A stretch of 64,000 nt of DNA, taken from Actinomycetota bacterium. GTDB lineage: Bacteria > Actinomycetota > Coriobacteriia > Anaerosomatales > SLCP01. Of the stretch, positions 10,529 through 20,590 are shown one piece after another; the first letter of the stretch is position 1; each line of letters begins with the position of its first letter. Location: the NCBI GenBank assembly GCA_037446725.1, contig JBBIIC010000009.1, forward strand, positions 3,712-67,711. The letters run 5' to 3'. A program made the position numbers and the translations under genes. The notes beneath the pieces are model-generated. The model searched no databases and was not told the DNA's origin. It was given only the letters and a program-made list of their open reading frames with translations.

Positions 10529-11095
10529 TTATCCCTCGTACTTCTTGGCGTGGACGCCGCAGTACTTCGAACCTTCCTTCGCTTTGTTCGCGCAGCGCTC
10601 GCCGTTGCTCTTGACCGCCTCGCACTGCTCGGCAGCCGTCTCGACCACGGGCGCCGTTTCGACCACGGGCGCCGTTTCGTCGACGGCGACGACGACAGGC
10701 GCCTCCTCGACAGCGGGCGCTGCAGCCTGCGGCTCCGGTGCTGGTGCCGCAGCCTTGGCGGCCTTCTTGGCAGCGGGCTTACCCGAGCCAAGGGCGACGT
10801 CGGTCACCCGGACGCGCGTCTGAAGCTGGCGATGGCCCTTGAGCCGCTTGTAGCCCTTGCGCTTCTTGAACTTGAACACGACCGCCTTGTCGCCCTGGAA
10901 GTGCTCGAGTACCTCGGCGGTCACCGTGGCGGAGGCAAGCGCATCCGCGTCGACGACTATGTCCTCGCCGTCGGCCACGAACAGGACGTCGAAGGTAACG
11001 GTCTCGCCGACCTCAACCGGAAGTCTCTCGACGACGGCCTCGGCACCCTTCTCGACCTTGAGCTGCTTACCGCCGGTAGAAACGACAGCGTACAT
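10529..11095 (-). CDS. rplU: 50S ribosomal protein L21 with long C-terminal extension
   Basis: MYAVVSTGGKQ...FKFKKRKGYKRLKGHRQ, then an Ala/Pro/Glu linker and a Cys/His motif. Confidence 0.95.
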   Translation of the reverse strand: MYAVVSTGGKQLKVEKGAEAVVERLPVEVGETVTFDVLFVADGEDIVVDADALASATVTAEVLEHFQGDKAVVFKFKKRKGYKRLKGHRQLQTRVRVTDVALGSGKPAAKKAAKAAAPAPEPQAAAPAVEEAPVVVAVDETAPVVETAPVVETAAEQCEAVKSNGERCANKAKEGSKYCGVHAKKYEG

Positions 11096-11158
11096 CCTGA
11101 ATACCTCTCACTCGCTTTCATGCGCGAAGGGATATGCTAGCAGAGGCCCCCAGGAGCG

Positions 11159-12664
11159 TCAACGACGCATCAGGCCGTCCAGACCACGCCTGAGCAGGCC
11201 GGTCTTGCCCTCGATGAGAACGCGCACCTCCAGCGGTTCGCACCCGGGCTCTGCAACGATCTCCACCTGTTTGCGGGTCTCGTTCTTCAGCGTACCCGCC
11301 GTGTTCATGCCGGGCGCCATCAGCAGCTCATAGGTGTCGGGATGGACGGCGAACAGGAACGCCGTGGACTTCGATGCGACAAGGATTTGGCGCAGTCTGC
11401 GTTCGACGGCGATGCGGCGCGTGGCGGCCGAGAGCACACGCCCCTCGCCCTGGCAGCGGGGACAGACCTCGGTAAGCACGCCGAACAAGCCGTCCGTGAC
11501 GTTCTTGCGGGTCATCTCCACGAGACCGAGCCGGGACATCTCCAGGACGCGGGTCTTCGTCCGGTCCCGCGCCAACGCCTGCTCAAACCGCCTCATGACC
11601 GCCTCGCGGTTGGAGGCTTGCTCCATGTCGATGAAATCGACCACGATGATGCCGCCGATGTCGCGAAGCCGCAGCTGGCGTGCTACCTCCTCGGCCGCCT
11701 CGAGGTTGATGCGCACGATGGTGTCCTCGAGGTTCTTGCGTCCGACGTAGCGGCCTGTGTTCACGTCGATGGCGGTGAGCGCTTCGGTCCTGTCGATCGC
11801 GATGTAGCCGCCGGACGGCAGCTCGACCACACGCCGCATCGCCGAATCGATGACCGGCACAAGCCCGCATGACTCGAACAGGGACCCGCGCTCACGGTGC
11901 AAGACCACACGTTTGACGAGCTCGGGAGAGGTCTTCTTCAGGAAGGAGACCACCTTGGCGTGCGTCGGCTTGTCGTCGATGACAAGCCGCTTGTACCCCT
12001 CGGCAAAGACGTCTCTTACGAGTCTCAGCGCGAGGTCCATCTCCGTGTAGACGACCTCGGGTGCGAGTGCCTCCTCGGCCTGGTGACTCACCCGCTTCCA
12101 CAGACGCAAGAGGAACTCCAGGTCCGAAAGTATCTCTTTGTCGGAGGCGCCCTGCGCCACAGTCCGCACGATCGCTCCGACCCCCGGAGGCGTGCCCGAC
12201 TCGAGAATCGCATGCAGGCGGTCGCGCTCATCCACGGGAAGCTTGCGCGAGACGCCGACCGACTCCGAGAAGGGCATGAGCACGACGAATCTCCCGGGCA
12301 GCGTGATGTCGGTCGTCACCCTCGCGCCCTTGGTGCCCATGGGGTCCTTGAGGACCTGGACGAGCACGTCGTCACCGGGCGAGACGAACGACCCGATGTC
12401 TCGCCGCTGGCCCGGTTCGACCTGGCGGGAGGCAACGATCTCGTCCACGTAGAGAAACGCGTTCTTGTCGAGGCCTATGTCGACGAACGCAGCCTGCATC
12501 CCGGGAAGGACGTCTTTGACCTTCCCGAGGTAGACATTGCCGACGGCCGAGCGTTTGGGCCGCTCGACGTAGAGCTCTACGAGCTCCCCGTCCTCCAGCA
12601 GCGCGACCCGAGTTTCGCCGGAGTCGTGCGAGATGAGCATCTCGCGCTGTGCGTCTGCCACCAC
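11159..12664 (-). CDS. rng: Rne/Rng family ribonuclease (RNase G-like)
   Basis: GNVYLGKV..VLPGMQAAFVDIG, TEALTAIDVNTG, LRLRDIGGIIVVDFIDM. Confidence 0.93.
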   Translation of the reverse strand: MVADAQREMLISHDSGETRVALLEDGELVELYVERPKRSAVGNVYLGKVKDVLPGMQAAFVDIGLDKNAFLYVDEIVASRQVEPGQRRDIGSFVSPGDDVLVQVLKDPMGTKGARVTTDITLPGRFVVLMPFSESVGVSRKLPVDERDRLHAILESGTPPGVGAIVRTVAQGASDKEILSDLEFLLRLWKRVSHQAEEALAPEVVYTEMDLALRLVRDVFAEGYKRLVIDDKPTHAKVVSFLKKTSPELVKRVVLHRERGSLFESCGLVPVIDSAMRRVVELPSGGYIAIDRTEALTAIDVNTGRYVGRKNLEDTIVRINLEAAEEVARQLRLRDIGGIIVVDFIDMEQASNREAVMRRFEQALARDRTKTRVLEMSRLGLVEMTRKNVTDGLFGVLTEVCPRCQGEGRVLSAATRRIAVERRLRQILVASKSTAFLFAVHPDTYELLMAPGMNTAGTLKNETRKQVEIVAEPGCEPLEVRVLIEGKTGLLRRGLDGLMRR

Positions 12665-12673
12665 GGTCTCCCG

Positions 12674-13384
12674 TCACAGGGGACGCCGCAGGCCATCCTC
12701 CTCGATCAGGATGTCCGTGCGGGTCACCGATACGACGGCGCCGCCACCCGAAACGCGCGAGAGAACCTCGTTGAGAAGCACGTCCGGCCGCAGCGAGCCC
12801 TCCTGCCCCATACGGGTGGCGATCTCGATGATGAACGGCGGCCCTGACGATCCGACTCGCACCTCTTCCGGGAGGCTGCGAGCAAGATCGAAAACCTTGG
12901 TCTTGCCTTTGTGCTCCACCTCGAAGCGTCCCTCGCCGATCACAGCGACGAGCGCCCTCTCGATCAGTTCGGCGTCAAGCCCCTCCCCTCCGACCGCCAC
13001 TTCGTACCTGGCAACCGTCGCGGCGGCCGTCAGCGACGGTTCCTTCTCGTGCACGTACCCGATCTTCGAGACTCCGAGTTCGGGCGGGATAGCCGCCTGC
13101 AACCGACGCAGCACCTCGGCTGCCGGGACCGGCTGTGTGAGCCATACGTCGAAGTACTCTCGCCTGCCTCCGGTACCTACCGGGAGCGCCGGCCCGAACG
13201 CCGCCTTCATCCTCGGGTTGAAGCCCTTGGTGACAGCATACGGCAACCGGGCACGCCGTGCCGAGCGCTCGAGCGCTCTCATGACCTCGAGGTGCGACAG
13301 GAAGCGCGCTCTGCCGTGCTTGGTGTACCTCACGCGAAGACGGAACTCACCGGCGGCCACGCGCATCACCGCCCAGCACGACAT
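12674..13384 (-). CDS. Radical SAM-associated protein (DUF2344/TIGR03936-like); start uncertain
   Basis: RVRYTKHGRARFLSHLE, GFNP..FGPALPVG; coupled to the upstream radical SAM gene. Confidence 0.85.
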   Translation of the reverse strand: MSCWAVMRVAAGEFRLRVRYTKHGRARFLSHLEVMRALERSARRARLPYAVTKGFNPRMKAAFGPALPVGTGGRREYFDVWLTQPVPAAEVLRRLQAAIPPELGVSKIGYVHEKEPSLTAAATVARYEVAVGGEGLDAELIERALVAVIGEGRFEVEHKGKTKVFDLARSLPEEVRVGSSGPPFIIEIATRMGQEGSLRPDVLLNEVLSRVSGGGAVVSVTRTDILIEEDGLRRPL

Positions 13385-15200
13385 CTAGACCGAGATCGCC
13401 ACAGACTCCACACCCGGTGCACCTGCCGAAGCTGCAGTCCTCCGTCGTCACACCCGCATACGCCCGGTCCCGCTCGAGGCGCAGGTAGCGCGTCGAGACC
13501 CCCGATGAGATGTGCGCCCATGGGAGCGGTTCGTCGTAGCCGAAGGTGCGCATGGCGATCCCCTCACCGTCCACACCGGCCGAACCGAACGCCCCGCGCC
13601 ACAACGCCAGGTCGAACCGTTCACTCCACGCATCGAACCGGGCACCAGAACGCCATGCGAGCTCGATCACGTCGGCGACCTCGCGGCCGCCGCGCGCGAT
13701 CATCCCCTCGAGCAGCGAGACCTCGGCATCGTGCCACGAGAGGTCCACGCCCTTGCGGGGCATCGCATCCCGCAGCACGTCCTGGCGACGGAGTACCTCC
13801 TCGAAGGGCACTTGGCCGTCCCACTGGAACGGCGTGTGCGCCTTGGGCACGAACGTCGAGACGGACACCCCGATGCGCACCGACCCCCGGTCTCCGGCAG
13901 GCACAGTCTCTCGCGCCGCGCGCAGCACGCGCAGCACCAGGTCTCCGATGGCGGCGACGTCCTCGTCTGTTTCGGTGGGCAGCCCGATCATGAAGTAGAG
14001 CTTCACACGCCTCCACCCAGCCGCGAACGCCCGCATCACCGTCTCAAGCAACTCGTCTTCCGAGACGTTCTTGTTGATCACATCCCGAAGCCGCTGGGTG
14101 CCGGCCTCGGGGGCGAAGGTGAGCCCCGACCTGCGGCCACCTGCCGCGAGGCGGGCCATCGAGACACCGAACGCGTCGACGCGCAGGCTCGGAAGCGAGA
14201 TCGTCACCCCGGTCCCCTCGAGACGCGCGGTCAAGCGGCGCAGCACCTCTTCGAGCTGGCTGTGGTCGGTGGTCGAGAGGGAGGTGAGTGAGACCTCTTC
14301 GTAGCCGGTGCACTCGAGGCCCTCGAGCACGTCGCGCACGATCTCGTCGGCAGAGCGCTCCCTCACGGGGCGGTAAACCATCCCTGCCTGACAGAAGCGG
14401 CATCCCCTCGCACACCCGCGAAGCACCTCGACCGTGAGGCGATCGTGCACGACATCCATGTAGGGCACCACCGGGCAGGTCGGCGGGCGATACGCTCCGA
14501 GATCTCCGACCGCCCGCTTGGTCACGACCGCGGGCGCCGTGCCGGTCGGCTGGAGAGCACCATCGGGCGCCGGGCGGTACATTCCCGGCACGTAGACGCC
14601 GGGGACGACCGCGAGGCGCTCGAGCGTCTGTCCACGAGAGAGGCCTCGCGCCTTCGCCTCTCGCTGAACGCCCGCGATGTCGAGGACGGCGTCCTCCCCT
14701 TCCCCCACGAGTATGGCGTCGAGGAACGGCGCGACCGGTTCGGGGTTGTACGCACACGGCCCCCCGCCAACTACGAGGGGGTCACCCTCGCCTCGGTCGG
14801 CTGAGCGGAGCGGAAGTCCGGCCAGATCGAGCACCTCGAGAATGTTCGTGTACGTGAGTTCGTAGGGCAGCGTTATGCCGACCAGATCGAAGGACGCCAC
14901 CGGCGCGCACGATTCGAGCGAGAAGAGCGGAACCGCCGCGGAGCGCATCGCACTGGCCATGTCCACCCAGGGGACGTATGCGCGCTCGGCAGCCAGTCCC
15001 TCGGTCGAGTTCAGCCGGTCGTATAGGATTGCAAGACCCTGGTTCGCCTGCCCGACCTCGTAGGCGTCAGGGTAGATGAGCACCGAGCGGTGCTCGGCAG
15101 CCTCGGGCCGCCTAACTCCCCACTCACTGTCGATGTAGCGTACCGGTCGCTCGACGCCTGCGAGCAGGGGCTCGACGCGCGGCCACAGATCAGAGCTCAC
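13347..15200 (-). CDS. Radical SAM protein (TIGR03960-like)
   Basis: YPDAYEVG, GGPCAYNPEP, RGCARGCRFCQAG, TFAPEAG, KLYFMIGLP, C-terminal CxxxxCxxCxxC. Confidence 0.9.
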   Translation of the reverse strand: MSSDLWPRVEPLLAGVERPVRYIDSEWGVRRPEAAEHRSVLIYPDAYEVGQANQGLAILYDRLNSTEGLAAERAYVPWVDMASAMRSAAVPLFSLESCAPVASFDLVGITLPYELTYTNILEVLDLAGLPLRSADRGEGDPLVVGGGPCAYNPEPVAPFLDAILVGEGEDAVLDIAGVQREAKARGLSRGQTLERLAVVPGVYVPGMYRPAPDGALQPTGTAPAVVTKRAVGDLGAYRPPTCPVVPYMDVVHDRLTVEVLRGCARGCRFCQAGMVYRPVRERSADEIVRDVLEGLECTGYEEVSLTSLSTTDHSQLEEVLRRLTARLEGTGVTISLPSLRVDAFGVSMARLAAGGRRSGLTFAPEAGTQRLRDVINKNVSEDELLETVMRAFAAGWRRVKLYFMIGLPTETDEDVAAIGDLVLRVLRAARETVPAGDRGSVRIGVSVSTFVPKAHTPFQWDGQVPFEEVLRRQDVLRDAMPRKGVDLSWHDAEVSLLEGMIARGGREVADVIELAWRSGARFDAWSERFDLALWRGAFGSAGVDGEGIAMRTFGYDEPLPWAHISSGVSTRYLRLERDRAYAGVTTEDCSFGRCTGCGVCGDLGLDVVLGGDARGRR

Positions 15201-16152
15201 TGCGCTCCTCGGTGTCGAGCTCGACCCGCGCGGCCTGCAGCTCGGCCGCGGTGCTCCTCAGGACGCGGCGGTCGCTGCGGATACGCGCGACAGCGGCGTC
15301 GCGGATCTCAACGAGGCGCCCCGCGACGTCACTCAGGTCGGCGCCTTGCTCGAAGTACGCGATGGCCGCCTTTCCCATCGCGATGGTTCCGCCGTAGCCG
15401 ATGGCGCCCTTGATGGCCCAGCCGAATCCCGGTATCACGACCAGCAGTTGACGTGCGACGGCGCGCAGAGCGAACCCACCACCGACGACGGCAGCAAGCT
15501 CCTTCACCCGATCGGCGCCCAACGGCTGACCGTAGGCCGCGGCGATCTGTAGCAGCATCTTGCCCTGATTCAGCGTCATCAGCGGCATGTCGGCCCCGGG
15601 GATGATGACAACGGTGCCGATGAGCGCGTTTTGCAGTGCGGTCATCTTTACGGCTTCGCCGGCGACGGCGCTGCGTATGAAGTCGAAGTTGTGCGCGAGC
15701 GCCAGGTGCTTGCCGGAGACGTGGTCGACGAACCAGTCGGCGGTAGCGTCCAGGGCGCTCGCGGCGTCCTCACCGAAGACGCAGTCGGCATACGGATGCC
15801 CTGCCGCCTCCGCGACCTCGTGCAAGCTGTCCGCGGCCCCGACCGCAAGCGCGGGAATCGCACGCTCCCGCGCCTCGGTGAGTGTCTCCTTCATTCCTGT
15901 ACGTCCGCTCCCCATGATCGCGATGACCGCGTCGGTGGTATCGCGCAGTATGACGGGCAAGGCCGGATCGGCGACCTCAACCTGGATGCGAGCGTTGGAG
16001 GTGTTGGGACGGAAGCGCTCGCGTGCGGCATCGATGAGCTCATCGGGGGCATCGGGATCGATCACAACGACGATCCGCACCGGCTTCTCCCTCTCGGCTC
16101 TGATCTGGGAGCTAGAGCGAAGCAGGTCCGGAACATTGATCGGCAAGGCCAC
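15190..16152 (-). CDS. Hypothetical protein with DUF697-like C-terminus
   Basis: IPGADMPLMTLNQ...IAAAYG...IPGFGWAIKGAIGY; translationally coupled within the operon. Confidence 0.65.
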   Translation of the reverse strand: MALPINVPDLLRSSSQIRAEREKPVRIVVVIDPDAPDELIDAARERFRPNTSNARIQVEVADPALPVILRDTTDAVIAIMGSGRTGMKETLTEARERAIPALAVGAADSLHEVAEAAGHPYADCVFGEDAASALDATADWFVDHVSGKHLALAHNFDFIRSAVAGEAVKMTALQNALIGTVVIIPGADMPLMTLNQGKMLLQIAAAYGQPLGADRVKELAAVVGGGFALRAVARQLLVVIPGFGWAIKGAIGYGGTIAMGKAAIAYFEQGADLSDVAGRLVEIRDAAVARIRSDRRVLRSTAAELQAARVELDTEERSEL

Positions 16153-16179
16153 GACGGTTCCCTCCTCGGATGGGCGGCG

Positions 16180-17280
16180 TCAGACGGCGGAACGGCGTGC
16201 CCATACGGACAGAAGGATACCCGTTCCAGCCAGGTTCGCGATCATGAACGACGAGCCGAAGCTGATGAAAGGCAGCGGGATGCCCGTGATGGGCATGAGC
16301 CCCATCGTCATTCCGATGTTCTGCATGATCTGGAACGTCCACATAGAGATGATGCCCACTGCGATCAGCGACCCCAGCAGGTCTCGCGAGGATGCCGATA
16401 TCTCGAGTGCCGTCATCAGCAGGGCAAGATACAACCCGAGCAGCAGCACTGTGCCCATGAAGCCCAGCTCCTCGCCGAGGACCGAGAAGATGAAGTCCGT
16501 ATGCCGCTCGGGAAGAAAGTTGAGGTTGGACTGCGTACCCTGTCCGAGGCCCTTACCAGTCAACCCGCCCGAGCCGATCGCGATCTTCGACTGCTCCAGG
16601 TTGTAGCCGGCACCCTGCGGGTCCCGATCCGGCTGTACGAACACGAGCAGGCGGTCCACCTGATAGTCGGCGAGCACCCCGGCCCTCAGCACGACACCTA
16701 TCCCGACCGCCCCGACGAGGGCGAAGATCAGGAAGTACCGCGGCTTCAGTCCTCCGACAAGCAGCATGCCCATCGTGATGAAGATGAGGACAAGTCCGGT
16801 ACCGAGGTCCGGCTGCAGAAGAATCAGGCCGAATGGCAGCGCAAGGAACGCCAGCACTCGTAGCACGTCGCGAGGACGCTCGATCGCGCCCCGGTACTGC
16901 GATATCACGATCGCCATGATAACGATCGTCAGGATCTTCGCCGGCTCCGAGGGTTGGAACAGCCTGACTCCGCCTATCTCGAGCCATGCCGTCGCTCCCT
17001 TGGCTGTCCCCCCGAGGCCGGGGATGAGCGGACTCACGATGAGCAGGGCGTTCAGAACGACCAGGGGCCCGAGCCAGCCCTCGAGGCGCTTGTAATCGAT
17101 GGCCCAGAGAAACGCAAGCGGCACCAGACCAAGACCAACGCCGACGAGGTGGCGCCGGAACATGGCGTCCCCCGCGGTGAACCCCGACACCGCCGAGTGC
17201 ACGATGACCGCGCCGTAGGCGATGAGTAGCCCGACGCTGAGCAGCAACGGCAGGTTCGCCCAGCGACGGACAACCGCCAT
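16180..17280 (-). CDS. rodA: Rod shape-determining protein RodA (SEDS family)
   Basis: FQPSEPAK, LQPDLGT, QSKIAIGSGG, LPERHTDFIF, TGIPLPFISFG; start reassigned to ATG at 17280. Confidence 0.95.
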   Translation of the reverse strand: MAVVRRWANLPLLLSVGLLIAYGAVIVHSAVSGFTAGDAMFRRHLVGVGLGLVPLAFLWAIDYKRLEGWLGPLVVLNALLIVSPLIPGLGGTAKGATAWLEIGGVRLFQPSEPAKILTIVIMAIVISQYRGAIERPRDVLRVLAFLALPFGLILLQPDLGTGLVLIFITMGMLLVGGLKPRYFLIFALVGAVGIGVVLRAGVLADYQVDRLLVFVQPDRDPQGAGYNLEQSKIAIGSGGLTGKGLGQGTQSNLNFLPERHTDFIFSVLGEELGFMGTVLLLGLYLALLMTALEISASSRDLLGSLIAVGIISMWTFQIMQNIGMTMGLMPITGIPLPFISFGSSFMIANLAGTGILLSVWARRSAV

Positions 17281-17299
17281 GCGAGAATCGGGGCGCTTG

Positions 17300-19198
17300 C
17301 TAGCGCGAGACATCGGTCGCCTGCACGTGCTCGACGGGCAGACCGAGGAGCGCTGCCAGTATCTCACGGGCCGCCGGCGCAGCGATTGCTCCTCCATGAC
17401 CGCCCTGCTCCAGAAGGACCGCAACCGCATACTTCGGGTCGTCGGCCGGCGCGTACGCCGTGAACCAAGCGTAGTCGTCCTTGCCGGCGACCTCGGCGGT
17501 GCCGGTCTTGCCAGCGACCTCGGCTCCGAAGCCGCGGAACGCGCTCGCGCCGGTACCCCGTTCCGTGACCGCAAGTAGTGAGTTGTGCATCGTCCGCAGG
17601 ATGCTCTCCGAGACACCCGTTGACACCACGATCTCGGGTTCGAACGCGCGGACCGGCTCTCCCTTCGAGTCGAGGACCTCCTTGAGCACGTGCGGCCGCA
17701 TGATGTCGCCGTCGTTCGCAATTCCCGCGTAGACCCCGGCCATCTGAAGAGGGGTGGTCAGCATGTCGCCCTGCCCGATGGAGATGTTGACGGTGTCGCC
17801 GGGCAGCCACTGCCGGTACTCGGGGTAATCGGCGTTGAACTCCGCTTTCCACGCGGCATCGGGCACGCGACCCTCGACCTCGCCGGGCAGGTCGATACCG
17901 AGCCGCGAGCCGAGGCCGAAACGACGGGAGAACTCCTGTAGCTCCTCGCGACCGCGTTTGTAGAACGTGTGGCCGATCTCGTAGAAGACGATGTCGCAGC
18001 TCTCCGAGATCCCGCGAGTGAACCCGACCCCGCCGTGTCCCCGCCGGTTCCAGCAGAACTTCGACCACTCCTCGCCCTGACCGGTCCACCGGCCCGAACA
18101 GTCGTACGAGTGGCTGAGCGAGGTCACGCCGTATTCGAGTCCGGCCATGCCGGTGATGGCCTTGAAGGTCGACGCGGGCGGATAGAGCGCCTGTATCGCC
18201 CGGTTGTTAAGCGGATACTCGCTGTCCTTGGCGTTCAGTGCCTCCCAGTTCTTCGTGCTGATGCCGCCGATGAACAACGTGGGGTCGTAGGTCGGGGCGC
18301 TCGCCATCGCAAGCACCTCGCCCGTCCGGACGTCGAGAGCGATCGCGGCACCGGCACGCGCGTTCTTGAAGTCGTCCGCGCGTGCCTCGGCAAGCGCACG
18401 TTGCAACGCCTCCTCGGCGACCCGCTGTACCTCGATGTCGATCGTCAGCACGACGTCTCTTCCGGCGACCGGTTCGGCTTCTTCGAGGACGTGCCTAGGC
18501 GAGCCCAGTGCATCGACCTCGACCCTGCGGTAACCCTTCTGTCCCTGCAGCACCGACTCGAACTGACGCTCCGCACCAGCCTTGCCCACCACGTCACCGA
18601 GTAGGTATCCTTCCCACTCGCCCGATTCGAGGCTTTCCTCGGAGATTTCCCCCGTGTAGCCCAGGACATGGGCGGCGAGTGTGCCGTTGGGGTACTCGCG
18701 GACCGGTACGACGGAGAGTTCGACTCCGGGATACTCCGACTCATGCTCCGCGAGGTAGGCGACGGTCGTCATTGATACGTCAACGGCCACCAGACGCGGT
18801 TTGAGTGCCGCTTCCTTCGTCGAGGCGACGCGCTCCTTGACCTCACCGAGCGGCATACCGAGCACGACCGACAGCCGGTACAGCATGTCCTCGTCGTCCT
18901 TGGCCGATGGCGCGACCGTGACACCGAGTGTGGCGCGGTTGCTCACGAGAGGGACCCCGTTGCGATCGAGGATGCGGCCGCGTGGCGCGTCGACGGCTAC
19001 CTCACGCACGCGGTTGTTCTCCGCGGCCTCTGCGAAGCGGTCGCCCGAGAGCACCTGCATGCTCCACGCCCGGAGGAGCAGTACTCCGAGCACGCTCAGG
19101 AACACGATCCCGAGCGCCGCGTAGCGCGATTTCAGTTGTTCGCGGAAGGTCGCCACGTATGGGGCTCCAGTGTTTCGAGCAGTGTGCTGCTCGGGCAC
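17300..19198 (-). CDS. mrdA: Penicillin-binding protein 2 (start may lie a few codons downstream)
   Basis: APRGRILDRNG, STFK, SCD, KTGT motifs. Confidence 0.95.
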   Translation of the reverse strand: MPEQHTARNTGAPYVATFREQLKSRYAALGIVFLSVLGVLLLRAWSMQVLSGDRFAEAAENNRVREVAVDAPRGRILDRNGVPLVSNRATLGVTVAPSAKDDEDMLYRLSVVLGMPLGEVKERVASTKEAALKPRLVAVDVSMTTVAYLAEHESEYPGVELSVVPVREYPNGTLAAHVLGYTGEISEESLESGEWEGYLLGDVVGKAGAERQFESVLQGQKGYRRVEVDALGSPRHVLEEAEPVAGRDVVLTIDIEVQRVAEEALQRALAEARADDFKNARAGAAIALDVRTGEVLAMASAPTYDPTLFIGGISTKNWEALNAKDSEYPLNNRAIQALYPPASTFKAITGMAGLEYGVTSLSHSYDCSGRWTGQGEEWSKFCWNRRGHGGVGFTRGISESCDIVFYEIGHTFYKRGREELQEFSRRFGLGSRLGIDLPGEVEGRVPDAAWKAEFNADYPEYRQWLPGDTVNISIGQGDMLTTPLQMAGVYAGIANDGDIMRPHVLKEVLDSKGEPVRAFEPEIVVSTGVSESILRTMHNSLLAVTERGTGASAFRGFGAEVAGKTGTAEVAGKDDYAWFTAYAPADDPKYAVAVLLEQGGHGGAIAAPAAREILAALLGLPVEHVQATDVSR

Positions 19199-19207
19199 GC
19201 CGGGCGG

Positions 19208-19717
19208 CTATGCCAGGCGGCGGAAGGTCGTCATCGGCTTCTCCCGACGCAAGAAGCGGGCCACCCACGGGTAGACGAGCAGGGCTAGCGCAGAATTATA
19301 CAACGCTGCGGGCAGGGCGAGCCCGACGAGATCGCCGAAGGTGACCGCCGATTCGCCCAGAACCGCCAGGACGAGGACGTAACCGACTTCGAACGTCAGC
19401 GTAGCGAAGGAGACGATGACGAGGGGCACCAGCCACCCCTCCGAGAACGTGTTCTCCTGCACGGAACCGGCGACGAACCCCACGAGGCACAGGAACAGAG
19501 CACCCACGCCGACGGGAGCGGTACCGAGAAGGTCGAAAAGCAGTCCGGCCGAGAAGCCGGCGAGCATGCCTGCCCGGGGACCCTTCACGAGTGCGATCGT
19601 CACAGCAGCAAGGAGCAGCGCGTTCGGTGTGACACCGGCGATCGCGAGGTAGGGCACGAGCGCGACCTGAACGACAAGGGCCCCGAGCAGCGTCAGCACT
19701 GGTATCAGGCGGCTCAC
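19208..19717 (-). CDS. mreD: MreD
   Basis: Hydrophobic; GFSAGLLFDLL; lies between mreC and mrdA. Confidence 0.88.
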   Translation of the reverse strand: MSRLIPVLTLLGALVVQVALVPYLAIAGVTPNALLLAAVTIALVKGPRAGMLAGFSAGLLFDLLGTAPVGVGALFLCLVGFVAGSVQENTFSEGWLVPLVIVSFATLTFEVGYVLVLAVLGESAVTFGDLVGLALPAALYNSALALLVYPWVARFLRREKPMTTFRRLA

Positions 19718-20574
19718 TCCCCGCCTCCCGTCGTGGCGTCCTCAAAAGGCACGCCGACAAGGACGACAACCTCCTCCAGGCCGGCGAGCGCCGCGCTCGG
19801 GCGCACCTGGATGCGGGGGAACAGGTCGGCATCGTTGAGCTGCACGTCGGAGACCTCGCCGATAAGTAGGCCCTTCGGGTAGACGCCACCCATCCCCGAG
19901 GTCAGAACGACGTCTCCGACCGTGACCGTGGTCTCCCGACTCACGTAGTCAAGAGTGAGGTCTCCTCCCAGGGAGCCGTTGACCACGCCCTCAGCTCGCG
20001 TCGCCTGGAGCATCGCCCCCACGCCGCTGCGCTGATCGGTGATGAGGCGCACGCGCGACGAGTGCGGTCCCGCCTCGACGATCTGTCCGATCAGGCCCTG
20101 AGCGGCGAGCACAGGCATGCCGACGGCCACACCCTCCTCGGTCCCGCGGTCGATGGTGATGACGCCCTCCCACAGCGTCGCCGGCCTGCCGATCACGCGG
20201 GCACCCAGCGCCTCAATCTCACGCGCCTCCACAAACCCGACCAGCTCGCGCAGCCGCTCGTTCTCCTGCCGCGCTTCCTCGAGTGCCGCAAGACGCGCGC
20301 GCATCTCCTCATTCTGCTGGCGCAGGGCCTCCAGGTCGCTCCGCGAGACGGACAGGTCGCGGACCCACGACCCCACGGCGCGGACGGGCGTCGTCAGCGC
20401 GTAGCCCGCGTGACCCACCGGCGCGAGAACCGTCTGCACGCCACGGCGAGCCGTGTGAAGCGGACCGGAGCTGCTCTCACGGAAGTAAATGGTGATAAGG
20501 ATGAACGCAACGACGACGAGCACGGCGAGTATCCATCCGTCTCCGCCGGTCTTCTCGCGTTGGGAGATTCGCAC
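19714..20574 (-). CDS. mreC: MreC
   Basis: TM helix plus coiled coil (ENERLRELV), ITIDRG, TSGMGGVYPKGL. Confidence 0.93.
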   Translation of the reverse strand: MRISQREKTGGDGWILAVLVVVAFILITIYFRESSSGPLHTARRGVQTVLAPVGHAGYALTTPVRAVGSWVRDLSVSRSDLEALRQQNEEMRARLAALEEARQENERLRELVGFVEAREIEALGARVIGRPATLWEGVITIDRGTEEGVAVGMPVLAAQGLIGQIVEAGPHSSRVRLITDQRSGVGAMLQATRAEGVVNGSLGGDLTLDYVSRETTVTVGDVVLTSGMGGVYPKGLLIGEVSDVQLNDADLFPRIQVRPSAALAGLEEVVVLVGVPFEDATTGGGE

Positions 20575-20590
20575 TGCGAAGACGAGCCCC

